Positions 17,514 through 28,303 are shown, counted from the stretch's first letter. The stretch is 63,324 nucleotides of DNA from a virus (IMGVR_UViG_3300020021_000007:1-63324); one strand, 5' to 3'. Translations and numbers: made by a program. Notes: generated by a model not told the origin, from the letters alone.

Positions 17514-18832
17514 GTGAACTAGCGCTTAAACGCGACTGGGCTCGCTGGTACCCGCTGCGGGACCATCCGGTGCAACTGAAGCTCGTCAACGCTGTTGACG
17601 ACCATGTGCGCTTCCCCATTGTGCCCGCTGGCCGCCGCTCCGGTAAGACTGAGCGCGCGAAGCGATTCCTATCACGTCAGAGCATGTGGTACCCGGGCAA
17701 GAAGTATTTCGCTGCGGCGCCAACTTTCAACCAAGCGAAGAAAATTTGGTGGGATGATCTGAAGAAGTTGACGTTCAGTTCCATGCACGTCAAGCGACCC
17801 AGCGAGAGCGACCTGAAAATCTTCATGCCCAACGGCACCGAGCTACATGTGTTGGGTCTAGATCAGCCCCAGCGCTTCGAGGGTATTGATTGGGACGGTG
17901 GAGTGATCGATGAAATTGCGGACGTCAAGTCCGAAGCGCTTGAAGCGAATATCATGCCCGCGCTCAACACAGTGAACCCGACGCGCCCAGATTATCGCGC
18001 TTGGTGCTGGTTCATTGGCGTACCGGACGGTCTCAACCATTTCTATGACATGGCTGAAATCGCGCGTATGGAGACCAACCCTGATTATAGATTGTTCCAT
18101 TGGACAAGTGCTGAGATCTTACCGCCCGACGTCATTGAGTCCGCCATGCGGACCATGTCACCAAAACAGTTCAAGCAAGAATACTGCGCAAGCTTTGAGA
18201 CCGCAAGCGGGCGCATTTACGAAGACTACAGCAAAGCGAACCAGTGCAGCGAGCGCATAGCTTCGCACGAGGTACTGCATTGGATGCACGATCAGAACTT
18301 CACACCGTTGAGTAGTGCGATAGGTGTGGTCAGGAGTGGTATACCGTGTTTGCTTGATGAAATCGTGCTCGAGAGTGCGGTCAGCAGACAGAGCGCGGAA
18401 GAGTTTGTCGAGAAATACAAAGCGCACGATAACAAGATGGTGTACATATACGGCGACCCTTCTGGGCGCGCTGGAGAAAAGCATGGCCACAAATCTGATT
18501 ACAATGATATTGAGGACGTGCTTCGTCTTAATCATTGGAAGTTTGAGCGTCGTGTACGTCCTGCGCATCCTGCTATCAAAGATCGTCAGAATGCTGTTCG
18601 GGCGCTAATCAAAAACGCAAAGGGTGAAATCCGGTTGTACGTGAACCCCTCGAGCGCTCCCTGGTGCCACAAGGGTCTTGCGACTGTGCAGCTACAGAAG
18701 GGGTCTAGTTTTCAAGAAGATCAGAAGAACCAGTACCAACACATCACAACCGCTATCGGGTACTTTGTGGATTGGCATTGGCCGGCGGGACGCATCATAA
18801 CGAAGTCTGGTGCAGTAAGCGGACACTACTAG
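17510..18832 (+). CDS. terL: Terminase large subunit
   Basis: AGRRSGKT Walker A, VIDE Walker B, YGDPSG nuclease region. Confidence 0.93.
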   Translation: MSELALKRDWARWYPLRDHPVQLKLVNAVDDHVRFPIVPAGRRSGKTERAKRFLSRQSMWYPGKKYFAAAPTFNQAKKIWWDDLKKLTFSSMHVKRPSESDLKIFMPNGTELHVLGLDQPQRFEGIDWDGGVIDEIADVKSEALEANIMPALNTVNPTRPDYRAWCWFIGVPDGLNHFYDMAEIARMETNPDYRLFHWTSAEILPPDVIESAMRTMSPKQFKQEYCASFETASGRIYEDYSKANQCSERIASHEVLHWMHDQNFTPLSSAIGVVRSGIPCLLDEIVLESAVSRQSAEEFVEKYKAHDNKMVYIYGDPSGRAGEKHGHKSDYNDIEDVLRLNHWKFERRVRPAHPAIKDRQNAVRALIKNAKGEIRLYVNPSSAPWCHKGLATVQLQKGSSFQEDQKNQYQHITTAIGYFVDWHWPAGRIITKSGAVSGHY

Positions 18833-18899
18833 CAATTAGCTTGCGTTGATGTTTGCATCGACGGTACTCTTGCACGGCATCACCCCTGCCGGAGTCATC

Positions 18900-20537
18900 A
18901 TGGCGATCAATAGCGAACACCCTCTCTTCGGCGAGTTCAAAGGCGACTGGATCACCATGCGTGACCTGTACCGGGGTGAACGCATCATCAAAGAACGCGG
19001 TGAGCACTACCTGCCCGCGACAAGTGGCATGCGCTTGGATGGTATGGGGTTCGACACTGGCAAGAAACCGAAGGCTGGGCAAGCTGCTTACAACGCGTAC
19101 AAGATGCGCGCGTACTTCGCAGACTACGTCAAAGAAGGTGTTGAAGCTCTCATTGGTATGATGCACCAAAAACCTGCGACGTTTGACCTGCCCGATCAAA
19201 TGCAACCGCTGATCGACAAATGCACGTTGCAAGGGGAAGGGTTGCAAGACCTGCTCCGCCGTATCAACACCGAGCAGCTTATTGAAGGTCGTATCGGTTT
19301 GCTCGCTGACTTGCCCGTCGCACCTCCGACCGCCTCTCCTGGCGCAACCGCTGCTCCGGTGCTGCCGTATATCGCTTGGTACATTGCTGAATCGGTCATC
19401 AACTGGGACGAAGCAGACGAGGCGGAAGGGTACCGTGCGCTGAACCTGGTGGTACTGAACGAAAGCGGGTTCCTTCGCGACAGCGATTTCACCTGGAAAG
19501 AATTGCTCAAGTACCGTGTGCTGATGCTCAACAAAGGCACCGACATTGCTCAAGAAGGCGCGAACACCACAATCGCGGATGCGCCGACGGGCAATTACAT
19601 GATGGGCACGTTCACCAACACGCAAGGCGCAAACAACATTGCCTTCGACCCGTCAGCTATGAAGCAACCCATGTTGCGCGGTGTGAACCCCGACGAAATC
19701 CCATTCGTGTTCATCAATACGAAGGACATTGTTGCAGCTCCAGACGAACCGCCTTTGCTTGGGTTGGGTCGGCTGGCACTTGCGATCTATCGCGGCGATG
19801 CAGACTACCGCCAAGCGTTGTTCATGTCTGGTCAAGACACCTTGGTCGTCATTGGTGGAACACAGAGTTCAAATGGCGACGGTACTTCCACAACCGACGA
19901 ACCGCTGCGCACTGGCGCCGGTGCTCGTATCAATGTGGAAATGGGTGGCGATGCCAAGTACATTGGTGTGACCGCAAACGGTTTGGCAGAGATGCGGCAA
20001 AGCATTGAAAGCGACCGCATGGAAGCCGCTTCCAAAGCTGGTCGTTTGACACAAGCAAAGTCGGGCAAACCTGATGAGTCCGGTGAAGCTCTCAAGACAC
20101 GGCAAAGTGCGCAAACCGCCTCGCTGATGCAGATTGCAATTGCAGGTGCGAAGGGTTTGGAAAACCTGCTCAAGAAAATGGGCACCTGGATGGGACTCGC
20201 TGACGCGGTCGTTGAAAAGATCAAGGTTACCCCGAACACCGAGTTCGCAGACTTCGCACTCGTCGCGCAGGACATTGTGCAACTGATGACAGCGAAGAGC
20301 ATGGGCGCACCGCTCAGCAAAGAATCGATTCATGGAATCCTGGTGGAGCGTGGTATCACCGAAATGGCGTTCGAAGACGAAATGGACAAGATCGCTGAAG
20401 AGGTTGCGGATATGCCTACCACACCCGCACCGCTGCTCCCGGGACAGAAACCGGCACCGGGTGATGATCCAAACGCACCTGACCCGAATGCGTCGGCACC
20501 AAAACCCGGTGACGCTCCTCCTGCCAAGCCTAAGTAA
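18900..20537 (+). CDS. Portal protein
   Basis: Position after TerL; YLP..AY..Y..RA, IPFVF..PPLL motifs. Confidence 0.85.
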   Translation: MAINSEHPLFGEFKGDWITMRDLYRGERIIKERGEHYLPATSGMRLDGMGFDTGKKPKAGQAAYNAYKMRAYFADYVKEGVEALIGMMHQKPATFDLPDQMQPLIDKCTLQGEGLQDLLRRINTEQLIEGRIGLLADLPVAPPTASPGATAAPVLPYIAWYIAESVINWDEADEAEGYRALNLVVLNESGFLRDSDFTWKELLKYRVLMLNKGTDIAQEGANTTIADAPTGNYMMGTFTNTQGANNIAFDPSAMKQPMLRGVNPDEIPFVFINTKDIVAAPDEPPLLGLGRLALAIYRGDADYRQALFMSGQDTLVVIGGTQSSNGDGTSTTDEPLRTGAGARINVEMGGDAKYIGVTANGLAEMRQSIESDRMEAASKAGRLTQAKSGKPDESGEALKTRQSAQTASLMQIAIAGAKGLENLLKKMGTWMGLADAVVEKIKVTPNTEFADFALVAQDIVQLMTAKSMGAPLSKESIHGILVERGITEMAFEDEMDKIAEEVADMPTTPAPLLPGQKPAPGDDPNAPDPNASAPKPGDAPPAKPK

Positions 20538-21739
20538 TGGCCAAGACGGTCAATGAAGAGTTGCAAGATGCAATGCTGCGTCATCAGACGTATGTATTGC
20601 GCTACTCAGGTTCTGTGCGTAATAAGATCAACGCACTCCTCGACGCTACCGAACAGGACATCGCTGACAAGATCCGCGCACGCTTAGCGAACGCACCTGG
20701 TGGCCTTACCGGCCCCTACGAAGTGCGACGCATGCAAGCACTCCAAGATCAGATCAGTACCATCCGCGCAAGCGCCTGGGAAAAGTCTAGCAACGAGCTC
20801 AAGACTGAAATGACAAACTTGGCGCTTGCTGAGTCCGTAACGCTAGGCAATACGATCACGCTGTTGCTACCTGTCGCGATCAATGTGGTTCAACCCTCCG
20901 CGCGCTTGCTGCGGTCTATTGCGCTGTCGCGCCCGTTCCACGGTCGCATACTCATGGACTGGGCAAGGGACATGGAAGCTGACGATCTGCGACGCATACA
21001 CAATGCGATCCAGGTTGGCATGACCGAAGGGCAAACCACCGAAGCAATTGTGCGCCGGGTCATTGGTACGCAAGCGCTTGGATACTCCGATGGCGTTACG
21101 CAAATGACGCGCACGAACGTGAGCTCCATCGTGCGCACCGCAGTTAACCACATTGCGAACCATTCACGTGAAGCTTGGTTTCAAGAGAACGCAGACGTCA
21201 TTACTGAAGAACGGTTCGTTGCAACGCTCGACTCGCGTACCACACCGATATGCCGCGCATACGACGGACAGCAGTTCGACGTTGGCACTGGGCCTGTGCC
21301 ACCGTTGCATTTCAATTGTAGAAGCTTGCGTATCGCCGTGATCGACGGTACTCTTGCAGGCGACCGACCAGCAAAGCCTTACACGGAGAATCAGCTTGCA
21401 ACCGAATATGCGGACGAGAACGACATTGACGATGTTGAGACTCGGGACGACCTACCGCATGGAACGAAAGCTGACTTTGACAAATGGTCGCGTGGAAGAA
21501 TCCGGGAACTTGTTGGTCCTGTTCCAGCCGACACGACTTACCAGGAATGGCTTACTGGGCAGACCAACCATTTCCAGGACGATCTGCTCGGTGTCACGAA
21601 GGCAAAGCTCTTTCGCGACGGTGGACTAAAGCTTACGAGCTTTGTCAATAGACAAGGTGATGAACTCACCTTGCACGAATTAGCAGGGAAAGAGGCCGCA
21701 GCGTTCCGCGCCGCTGGACTCAACCCAGACGATTTTTGA
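20537..21739 (+). CDS. Minor head / head morphogenesis protein (SPP1 gp7 / Mu gpF-like)
   Basis: ATLDSRTTPICR..PPLHFNCRS. Confidence 0.88.
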   Translation: MAKTVNEELQDAMLRHQTYVLRYSGSVRNKINALLDATEQDIADKIRARLANAPGGLTGPYEVRRMQALQDQISTIRASAWEKSSNELKTEMTNLALAESVTLGNTITLLLPVAINVVQPSARLLRSIALSRPFHGRILMDWARDMEADDLRRIHNAIQVGMTEGQTTEAIVRRVIGTQALGYSDGVTQMTRTNVSSIVRTAVNHIANHSREAWFQENADVITEERFVATLDSRTTPICRAYDGQQFDVGTGPVPPLHFNCRSLRIAVIDGTLAGDRPAKPYTENQLATEYADENDIDDVETRDDLPHGTKADFDKWSRGRIRELVGPVPADTTYQEWLTGQTNHFQDDLLGVTKAKLFRDGGLKLTSFVNRQGDELTLHELAGKEAAAFRAAGLNPDDF

Positions 21740-21784
21740 TAGTGTGGTAATTCACGTGGCATGTGCCACTTTTAGGAGAAGAGC

Positions 21785-22618
21785 ATGGCTCTGAAAGTTT
21801 CGTTTGATAAGATTGAAGATGTCCCCGAGGGTGTGCGTGAACACTACACCGAAGTTGACGGGAAGTTTGTTCTAGGTGTTGACGGTGCTGACGCACTGCC
21901 GGCAATGAAAGGTCTCCGGGACGAAAATGCCAAGCGCCGCATTTCAGAGCGCAAGGCAACCGAGCAGCTCACGGTCTATACAACCGCGTTCGGCACCCGC
22001 AAACCTGACGAGATTCTGACGATCCTTGACCGCGTACCGGAGCTCGAGGCCGCAGCCGCTGGCAAGATCGACGAAAACAAAATCAACAGCATGGTTGAGA
22101 CGCGTATCGGCGCCAAGCTTGGCCCGGTACAGCGCCAGGTGACAACGCTCACTCAGCAGCTTGCGGAAAAGGACGGGGTTATTGCCCAGTACCAGACCAA
22201 AGAGAAAACCCGCGCAATACACGACAGCGTGCGCGCAGCGATCGGTGCCAGCAAAGGCTTCCAGCCCAGTGCAGCCGAAGACGCTTTGATCCTTGCTGAG
22301 CGCATGTTCGAAGTCAACGACGAAGGAAAGGTCGTGACGAAAGACGGTGTTGGCGTGACTCCGGGTGTGGACGCGGTTGTGTGGTTAACCGACCTGCAAA
22401 CGAAGCGCGCTCACTGGTGGGGTCAGACTTCCGGCGGCGGCGCTGGGGGCAGCGGTGGCGGTGGCGGCGGTGGAGCCGAGAATCCGTGGCGCACTGATCA
22501 GTGGAACATGACCAAGCAAATGGCACTCGTTCGTGAAAACCCGACTCGTGCCGCTCAGCTTGCTCAATCAGCGGGATCTTCGATTGGTGCGGTGAGACCG
22601 CCCGCTGCGAAAAAATAA
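21785..22618 (+). CDS. Capsid scaffolding protein
   Basis: Coiled coil, Gly linker, NPW motif; upstream of MCP. Confidence 0.8.
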   Translation: MALKVSFDKIEDVPEGVREHYTEVDGKFVLGVDGADALPAMKGLRDENAKRRISERKATEQLTVYTTAFGTRKPDEILTILDRVPELEAAAAGKIDENKINSMVETRIGAKLGPVQRQVTTLTQQLAEKDGVIAQYQTKEKTRAIHDSVRAAIGASKGFQPSAAEDALILAERMFEVNDEGKVVTKDGVGVTPGVDAVVWLTDLQTKRAHWWGQTSGGGAGGSGGGGGGGAENPWRTDQWNMTKQMALVRENPTRAAQLAQSAGSSIGAVRPPAAKK

Positions 22619-22630
22619 TGGTGAGGGGGC

Positions 22631-22660
22631 TTGCCCCCAGCGTTTGGCGCATGCTACTTT
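22631..22660 (+). promoter_or_regulatory. Sigma70-like promoter for major capsid gene
   Basis: TTGCCC-18-TACTTT with TG extension. Confidence 0.5.
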
Positions 22661-22757
22661 GTCACCGTCAATGTGGCATGCGCCACGCAACATCGAAAGC
22701 CAGCCATGGCGCTCCGGCTTCGAGAAATCGAACCCTAATTCTTGAAGGAGTATTATC

Positions 22758-23840
22758 ATGGCCAATGGCGTAGTTGCTCTCAGTGATGTCGTTGTACCGG
22801 CAATCTTTGCCCCGTACATCCAACAGCTGACGGAAGAGAAGTCCCGCATCATCCAATCGGGTGCAGCGGCTCGCGATGGCGCGCTTGACTCGTTGCTTGC
22901 CGGTGGTGGCGCGACGTTCAACAGCCCCAGCTTCAAAGACCTCGACGACGATGCAGAGCGTTCAGCGACTGACAACAGCGCGAGCGACACCAGCATCTCG
23001 AATATCGGGCATTCAGGCACCCTTGCCCCGCTCCAGCACAACAAGATAGGCACCGCGACGGAAATTCAGGTCCGTTTGTCCCGCAACAACAGTTGGGCAT
23101 CTGCCAACCTGGTTGCTGACTTGATCGCGGAAGACCCGATGGCTGCGATCATGGGCCGTGTGTCCGCGTACTGGACCCGTCGTTTGCAGACCGCTTTCAT
23201 CGCCACGATGACCGGTGTGTTCGCGAACAACGCGCTCGGTTCTCCGGGTGGCACTGGCGTCCAGAATGATCTGACGCACGATGTCAGCGGTGTGTCGTTT
23301 GCTGACGGTGTGACCAACTTCTCCGCCGAGGCTTTCCTCGATACGGCGGTGACGATGGGTGACAGCATGGGTGACCTCGGTCTGGTGTTCATGCACTCGA
23401 TCGTGTACAACCGAGCGCTGAAGAACAACCTGATCGACTTCATCCCGGACAGCACGAACACCGCCGCTCAGGGTATCCCGACGTTCCTCGGCCGCCAGGT
23501 CGTGGTTGACGACGGTACCCCCCGCACCAGCGGTGTGTTCGAGACCTGGTTGTTCGGCGCCGGTGCGGTTCGGCTGGGCATGGGCTCACCCAAGACCTCG
23601 CCAGCGGTCGAAGTGTTCCGTGACCCGGCAGCGGGCAACGGTGCCGGTGCGGACGTGCTGTTCAACCGCGTCGAGTGGATGATCCACCCGGTCGGTCACA
23701 AGTACGCTGGCACCGCTCCTCAGGGCGGCCCGACGAACGCGAACAGCTCGAACAACCTCGCCAACAGTGGCTCGTTCGTTCGCGTGTTCACCGAGCGGAA
23801 GCAGATCAAGATCGCGCGACTCATCACCCGCGAGTTCTAG
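22758..23840 (+). CDS. Major capsid protein
   Basis: LSDVVVPAIF..Y, MHSIVY, G..VVVDDG; strong codon bias; terminator follows. Confidence 0.9.
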   Translation: MANGVVALSDVVVPAIFAPYIQQLTEEKSRIIQSGAAARDGALDSLLAGGGATFNSPSFKDLDDDAERSATDNSASDTSISNIGHSGTLAPLQHNKIGTATEIQVRLSRNNSWASANLVADLIAEDPMAAIMGRVSAYWTRRLQTAFIATMTGVFANNALGSPGGTGVQNDLTHDVSGVSFADGVTNFSAEAFLDTAVTMGDSMGDLGLVFMHSIVYNRALKNNLIDFIPDSTNTAAQGIPTFLGRQVVVDDGTPRTSGVFETWLFGAGAVRLGMGSPKTSPAVEVFRDPAAGNGAGADVLFNRVEWMIHPVGHKYAGTAPQGGPTNANSSNNLANSGSFVRVFTERKQIKIARLITREF

Positions 23841-23853
23841 GCCACGGAAGGGT

Positions 23854-23878
23854 GCGGGGCAACGGTGCCCCGCTCTTT
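23854..23878 (+). terminator. Terminator after MCP
   Basis: GCGGGGCA-ACGG-TGCCCCGC-TCTTT. Confidence 0.7.
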
Positions 23879-23907
23879 CCTCCACTTCCAAAGCTCAGGA
23901 GAGCAAC

Positions 23908-24423
23908 ATGAAAGGTCTTCCCCGTTCTCTTGCGCACGGCCCCGCGTCGCGCGCTGAAATTGTAAAGGCGGTCATCCCGTTCGCAGTTGGTCTCGTGTCC
24001 AGCGGCGCTACCGGTGTTGGCTTCGGAACAACCCCGATTGCAGGATTGCCGGAAGGTAACATTCTTGTCGTCGGTGCAGTCGCGTATGCCCAGATCAGCA
24101 AGGACACCGTTCTCGGTGCTGCTGGCACACTGGACGCGTTCACCGGTTCGTACTCGATCGGTTCTTCTGCAACTGCTGATGCGACCCTGGCCACAACGGA
24201 AATCGATGTGATCGCTGCCCAAGCGACCGCAGCGGCAACCGCTGGTGTGTCACCGGTAACTCGCGGTGTCGGTGTTGCACAATCGGTCATCGACAATACC
24301 GACTCGTCCAAGGTGCTCAACCTGAACGTGTTGCTTGACGATGCTTCGGTAAGCGCCGATACCCAGCACCTGAAAGTCAGTGGTACACTGTACCTGGCCT
24401 ACATCGTGTTGGGCGACGACTGA
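23908..24423 (+). CDS. Virion structural (decoration-like) protein
   Basis: MKGLPRSL...VLGDD; follows MCP. Confidence 0.7.
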   Translation: MKGLPRSLAHGPASRAEIVKAVIPFAVGLVSSGATGVGFGTTPIAGLPEGNILVVGAVAYAQISKDTVLGAAGTLDAFTGSYSIGSSATADATLATTEIDVIAAQATAAATAGVSPVTRGVGVAQSVIDNTDSSKVLNLNVLLDDASVSADTQHLKVSGTLYLAYIVLGDD

Positions 24424-24437
24424 AACTAGGAGATCGC

Positions 24438-24989
24438 ATGTCCGTTGAAAACAAGACGACTGCGGATGTTCCGGGAGCTGCGCCAGCAGCTCCCGCAGCA
24501 CCGCCCGCTGCACCCCCTGCCGCACCAGCGCCCCCGGCGCCGAGCACCGCACCGCCAGCACCGCCTGCTCCCCAGCAAGCACCGCCGCCGGTTGCTGCAC
24601 CTGCGAAGGGTGACCCTGACGCGCTTACACAAGCGGTCGAAGAATTGGCTGACGCGCAAGCTGAACTTGCGCAAATGGATAAATGGTTGGAAAAGGCCAA
24701 AACCGAACGAGTCAAGCTTGAACAGGTCCGCGACCTTGCGCAAGCGGCTCTTGACCGGTTGCAGCCCATCCAAACCAATGGGGACGCAATTCGTGCGTAC
24801 CTGGATCAGCAGAAGGCAATCCTTCAGGCGCGAGGCGACAAACAGGTGGCTCTCAAGAAGGCTGCTGATGAAGCAGGTTTGACCGTTGCGCAGTACCTCG
24901 GACACTTCAATGTGAAACGCGCACCGATTGATATGGCAATGGCGCGTCGGAACACTCGGGGAACCCAGCGACCGGGCGGAGCGAAATAA
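24438..24989 (+). CDS. Pro/Ala-rich coiled-coil virion-associated protein
   Basis: AGGAG SD; head operon. Confidence 0.65.
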   Translation: MSVENKTTADVPGAAPAAPAAPPAAPPAAPAPPAPSTAPPAPPAPQQAPPPVAAPAKGDPDALTQAVEELADAQAELAQMDKWLEKAKTERVKLEQVRDLAQAALDRLQPIQTNGDAIRAYLDQQKAILQARGDKQVALKKAADEAGLTVAQYLGHFNVKRAPIDMAMARRNTRGTQRPGGAK

Positions 24990-24991
24990 TC

Positions 24992-25342
24992 ATGAGCGAC
25001 AATGACGACTACTACGGCGGGTATTCTGCTTGTCGTCGTCAAAAGCAGCGAAAAGCAGTCAGCACCTTCGCCGCTTTGATCGCGACACCAGCGTCCGGGG
25101 CATTCACCATGCCCGCGGGCGCGCGTCTTTCGTTTATCGCAACTGCCGGTGCAACCGCTGGTGACACGCTTGCAACGATCACGGGCGCAACAAACCGCAC
25201 TATCAAAGCGAAGACGCTTGCAGCCGGTGACCGACAAGTGTTCGATTTTGCTGAACGAGGTGTGGTTATCACGCCGAGTGCAGGCATTGAGGTTGACGTC
25301 GATACGGGCTTGGCTGTCTGGGCAAAGATTGCGGAGGGTTGA
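24992..25342 (+). CDS. Hypothetical structural protein
   Basis: Position in head-tail region. Confidence 0.6.
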   Translation: MSDNDDYYGGYSACRRQKQRKAVSTFAALIATPASGAFTMPAGARLSFIATAGATAGDTLATITGATNRTIKAKTLAAGDRQVFDFAERGVVITPSAGIEVDVDTGLAVWAKIAEG

Positions 25343-25344
25343 TC

Positions 25345-25878
25345 ATGGCCGCGAACTTTACTCCTGAAGATGGCACTGGACTCGCAGACGCGAACTCATA
25401 CGTTGCGCTCGCCTTCGCAGACCAATATTTCCTCGACCGCGCAGTAACCACATGGACCGGTGCGGACGCTGTCAAGCAGAGTGCGCTCGTGCGTGCCACT
25501 GACTACGTCGAAACGCGGTACGGTGACAAGTTCGTCGGTTGCAAGTTCAGTGAAACCCAAGCGCTATTCTTCCCGACGAATGGTGGATTGACGGACCCGA
25601 TGACAGGTGATCCGATCCCAGACCCGATGCCTGTCAAGCTGCTGAAAGCGATCTGCGAATACGCGGTGCGTGCGCTTACCGCGCAGCTTGCACCAGACCC
25701 AACCACGGACGCCACCGGTCAGCGCGTGCAAGCGAAGACCGAAACAGTTGGCCCCATCAGCGAAAGCACAACCTACATGACGGGCGGTACCGTGTATACG
25801 TTCGTCCCATATCCTGCGGCAGATATCTTGCTGCGCGGTTTGATTCGCAACACCGGTGGCGGCACCATTCGGAACTAG
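25345..25878 (+). CDS. Head-tail adaptor (DnaT-like)
   Basis: EDGTGLADANSYV..AD.YF, ALVRATDY. Confidence 0.8.
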   Translation: MAANFTPEDGTGLADANSYVALAFADQYFLDRAVTTWTGADAVKQSALVRATDYVETRYGDKFVGCKFSETQALFFPTNGGLTDPMTGDPIPDPMPVKLLKAICEYAVRALTAQLAPDPTTDATGQRVQAKTETVGPISESTTYMTGGTVYTFVPYPAADILLRGLIRNTGGGTIRN

Positions 25879-25879
25879 C

Positions 25880-26254
25880 ATGAGCCAGTACACGAATGCG
25901 ATCGCGCTGGCCCTTCGCTTGATTGCAAAATTCGGGCGACCGGTCACATTCAATCAACTTGGTGGCGGTACCGACCCAGCAACGCCTTGGAAGGCTGATG
26001 CGCCTAGTGTGGTTACTACGATCACACAACCTGCCGTATTCCTACCTATCAGCGCGGTCGACGACTTGGGTTTGACCTTGACAGCTGAACAGCTCGAGAA
26101 GCGCGCAAGCGAATCGGTGCTCACTGCGACAGGTGCAATGGATTTGTCGTTGGCACACCAACTTGTCGACGGATCAACTTATACGATTCTTTGGACCAAG
26201 GTTTTGAAACCAGGCCCAGACGTCGTGTTGTATGCAATGGGGATAGCGCGATGA
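25880..26254 (+). CDS. Head closure protein
   Basis: ALRLIAKFGRPV; synteny. Confidence 0.65.
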   Translation: MSQYTNAIALALRLIAKFGRPVTFNQLGGGTDPATPWKADAPSVVTTITQPAVFLPISAVDDLGLTLTAEQLEKRASESVLTATGAMDLSLAHQLVDGSTYTILWTKVLKPGPDVVLYAMGIAR

Positions 26255-26664
26255 TCGCCAGCGAAGCCAAAGACGCAATACTCACGGTGTTCAAAACCGT
26301 GTGGGACGCTTACCCGGGCACGCCTGTTGCGATCTACCCTGATATCCCTGGCGACCCTCCCACTACTGAGGTACTGTGGGCGCGCGCTACCGTACAACAC
26401 GCTACCGGTGCTCAAACATCGCTTGCAAGTGATATCGGTACACGGCGGTTTACCGCTACAGGCTTCTTGTGGGTGCAGGTGTTTGCTCCCACCGGTGATG
26501 GTTCGTCTGCTGCACTTACTGCCGCTCAGGCGATCGTCAACGCTTATCGGGTTGCACGGCTGGCCGTGTTGTTCCGTGATGTTGGGTTGATTGAAATGGG
26601 CAGAGATGGTGCTTTCAGCCGTGTGGACGTGAAGGCGAACTTCGAATACGACGACATCAGGTAG
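26251..26664 (+). CDS. Tail terminator protein
   Basis: G.LWVQVFAP.G.G motif; before tail tube. Confidence 0.7.
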   Translation: MIASEAKDAILTVFKTVWDAYPGTPVAIYPDIPGDPPTTEVLWARATVQHATGAQTSLASDIGTRRFTATGFLWVQVFAPTGDGSSAALTAAQAIVNAYRVARLAVLFRDVGLIEMGRDGAFSRVDVKANFEYDDIR

Positions 26665-26673
26665 GAGAGTATC

Positions 26674-28188
26674 ATGGCCAATAAAATTGATTCAAACTTG
26701 ACTGGGCTGCGTTTTGCAGAAGAGGCCTCGTTGAAGGTGCTCCCCGGTTCCCCGATTTGGTTCCAATTGGAACCGAACACGTACAAGGACTTCGGCGGGC
26801 AGATTGCCACCGTCGCCCGCAACCCGATCAATGCTTCGCGCCAGCGCAAGAAAGGCGTGACGACCGACCTCGACGCGTCGGGTGGGTTCAACCAGGACTT
26901 GACGTTCCTGAACACGACCAGTCTGCTGCAAGGGTTCTTCTTCGCGGACATCGAAGAGAAGTTCACGAACCTGCACACGAACAGTGCTGCACACGTGATG
27001 ACCGCGATCCTTGCTTCCGCGGATGACTATACCGCAGCGGCGGGCCTTGCGGGTCCGATCGTCGGTACCCTGATCTTCGCGACCGGGTTCGGACAATCTG
27101 CGAACAACGGCTTGCACGTCTCGAACAGTGTGGCCAGTGCGACTGCGGTCAGCGTGGTTGACGGTCTCGCGGACGAGCCCACTCCCCCGGCAACCGCCAA
27201 GATCAAAAATGTCGGTCACCAGTTCACCAGCGGAACCAGCGCAATCGTTCTGAACGGCACCTTGGTGCAGCTCACGGACAGTTCGCAGGACATGACCGCA
27301 CTCAGCTGCAAAGTCGGTGAGTGGATCTTCTTGGGTGGCGACACCACACCGACGACTTTCGTGAACAACGTCGGGTTCGCACGCATCTCACGTATTACCA
27401 CGGGCTTGCTCGAGTTCGACAAGGTGTCTTGGACACCCGCGAACGAAACCGGCACCGGGTTGACCGTGCAGATCTTCTACGGTGACATCATCCGCAACCA
27501 GGCTGACCCGACGCTGATCAAGCGCCGCACGTACCAGGTTGAGCGGTCTTTGGGCAACGACGCAGATGGCGTTATGTCCGAATACCTGGTCGGTGCAGTT
27601 GCCAACGAGTTGCAGATCAACGTCGCGCAAGCGAACAAGGTCACCGTTGACCTGTCGTTCGTTGCTGTGGACAACGAGCAGCGCGCGGGCATCACCGGGT
27701 TGAAGGCTGGTGCGCGTCCTTCCCTCGCGGTTGCTGATGCATTCAACACCAGCTCGGACTTCTACCGCATCAAGTTGGCGAGCGTTGCAGCGAATGCGTC
27801 CATCGCACCGCTGTTCGCGTTCAGCACCGACCTGACGCTCACCATCAAAAACAACGTCACAGCCAACAAGGCGATCGGTGTGCTGGGTGCTTTCGACACC
27901 AGCGCGGGCACCTTCGAAGTTGGCGGCAACCTGACAGCGTACTTCGCGAACATTGCAGCGGTCCAAGCCGTGCGCAACAACGCGGACGTAACGCTGGACT
28001 TCGTGCTCACCAAGGGCCAGAAGGGTTTGCTGTTCGACATCCCGCTGCTCGCCTTGGGTGATGGTCGGTTGGACGTTAAGCAGGACCAGGCAATCACGTT
28101 GCCCCTGCAAACCAATGCGGCGCAGAGCTCTTTCGGTTGGACCCTTTTGTTCCAATCGTTCGAGTACCTCCCGGTGATTGCCGGCTAA
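26674..28188 (+). CDS. Major tail tube protein
   Basis: KIDSNLTGLRFAEE, VARNPINASRQRKKG; highly biased codons; terminator follows. Confidence 0.88.
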   Translation: MANKIDSNLTGLRFAEEASLKVLPGSPIWFQLEPNTYKDFGGQIATVARNPINASRQRKKGVTTDLDASGGFNQDLTFLNTTSLLQGFFFADIEEKFTNLHTNSAAHVMTAILASADDYTAAAGLAGPIVGTLIFATGFGQSANNGLHVSNSVASATAVSVVDGLADEPTPPATAKIKNVGHQFTSGTSAIVLNGTLVQLTDSSQDMTALSCKVGEWIFLGGDTTPTTFVNNVGFARISRITTGLLEFDKVSWTPANETGTGLTVQIFYGDIIRNQADPTLIKRRTYQVERSLGNDADGVMSEYLVGAVANELQINVAQANKVTVDLSFVAVDNEQRAGITGLKAGARPSLAVADAFNTSSDFYRIKLASVAANASIAPLFAFSTDLTLTIKNNVTANKAIGVLGAFDTSAGTFEVGGNLTAYFANIAAVQAVRNNADVTLDFVLTKGQKGLLFDIPLLALGDGRLDVKQDQAITLPLQTNAAQSSFGWTLLFQSFEYLPVIAG

Positions 28189-28224
28189 AAGGATCTTTGC
28201 CATAAGCTCCGAGGGACGAACTAG

Positions 28225-28250
28225 GCACCCGCGCAAGCGGGTGCTTTTTT
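28225..28250 (+). terminator. Terminator after tail tube gene
   Basis: GCACCCGC-GCAA-GCGGGTGC-TTTTTT. Confidence 0.85.
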
Positions 28251-28303
28251 GTGCGTGCTGCTGTACACTTGCCATGCTCAAATCCATTCACTAGAGGTGT
28301 CTA

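Noticed and set aside
24465-24605. Tandem DNA repeats (also 22432-22475, 54230-54480)
   Set aside because: Explained by Pro/Ala or Gly low-complexity protein linkers
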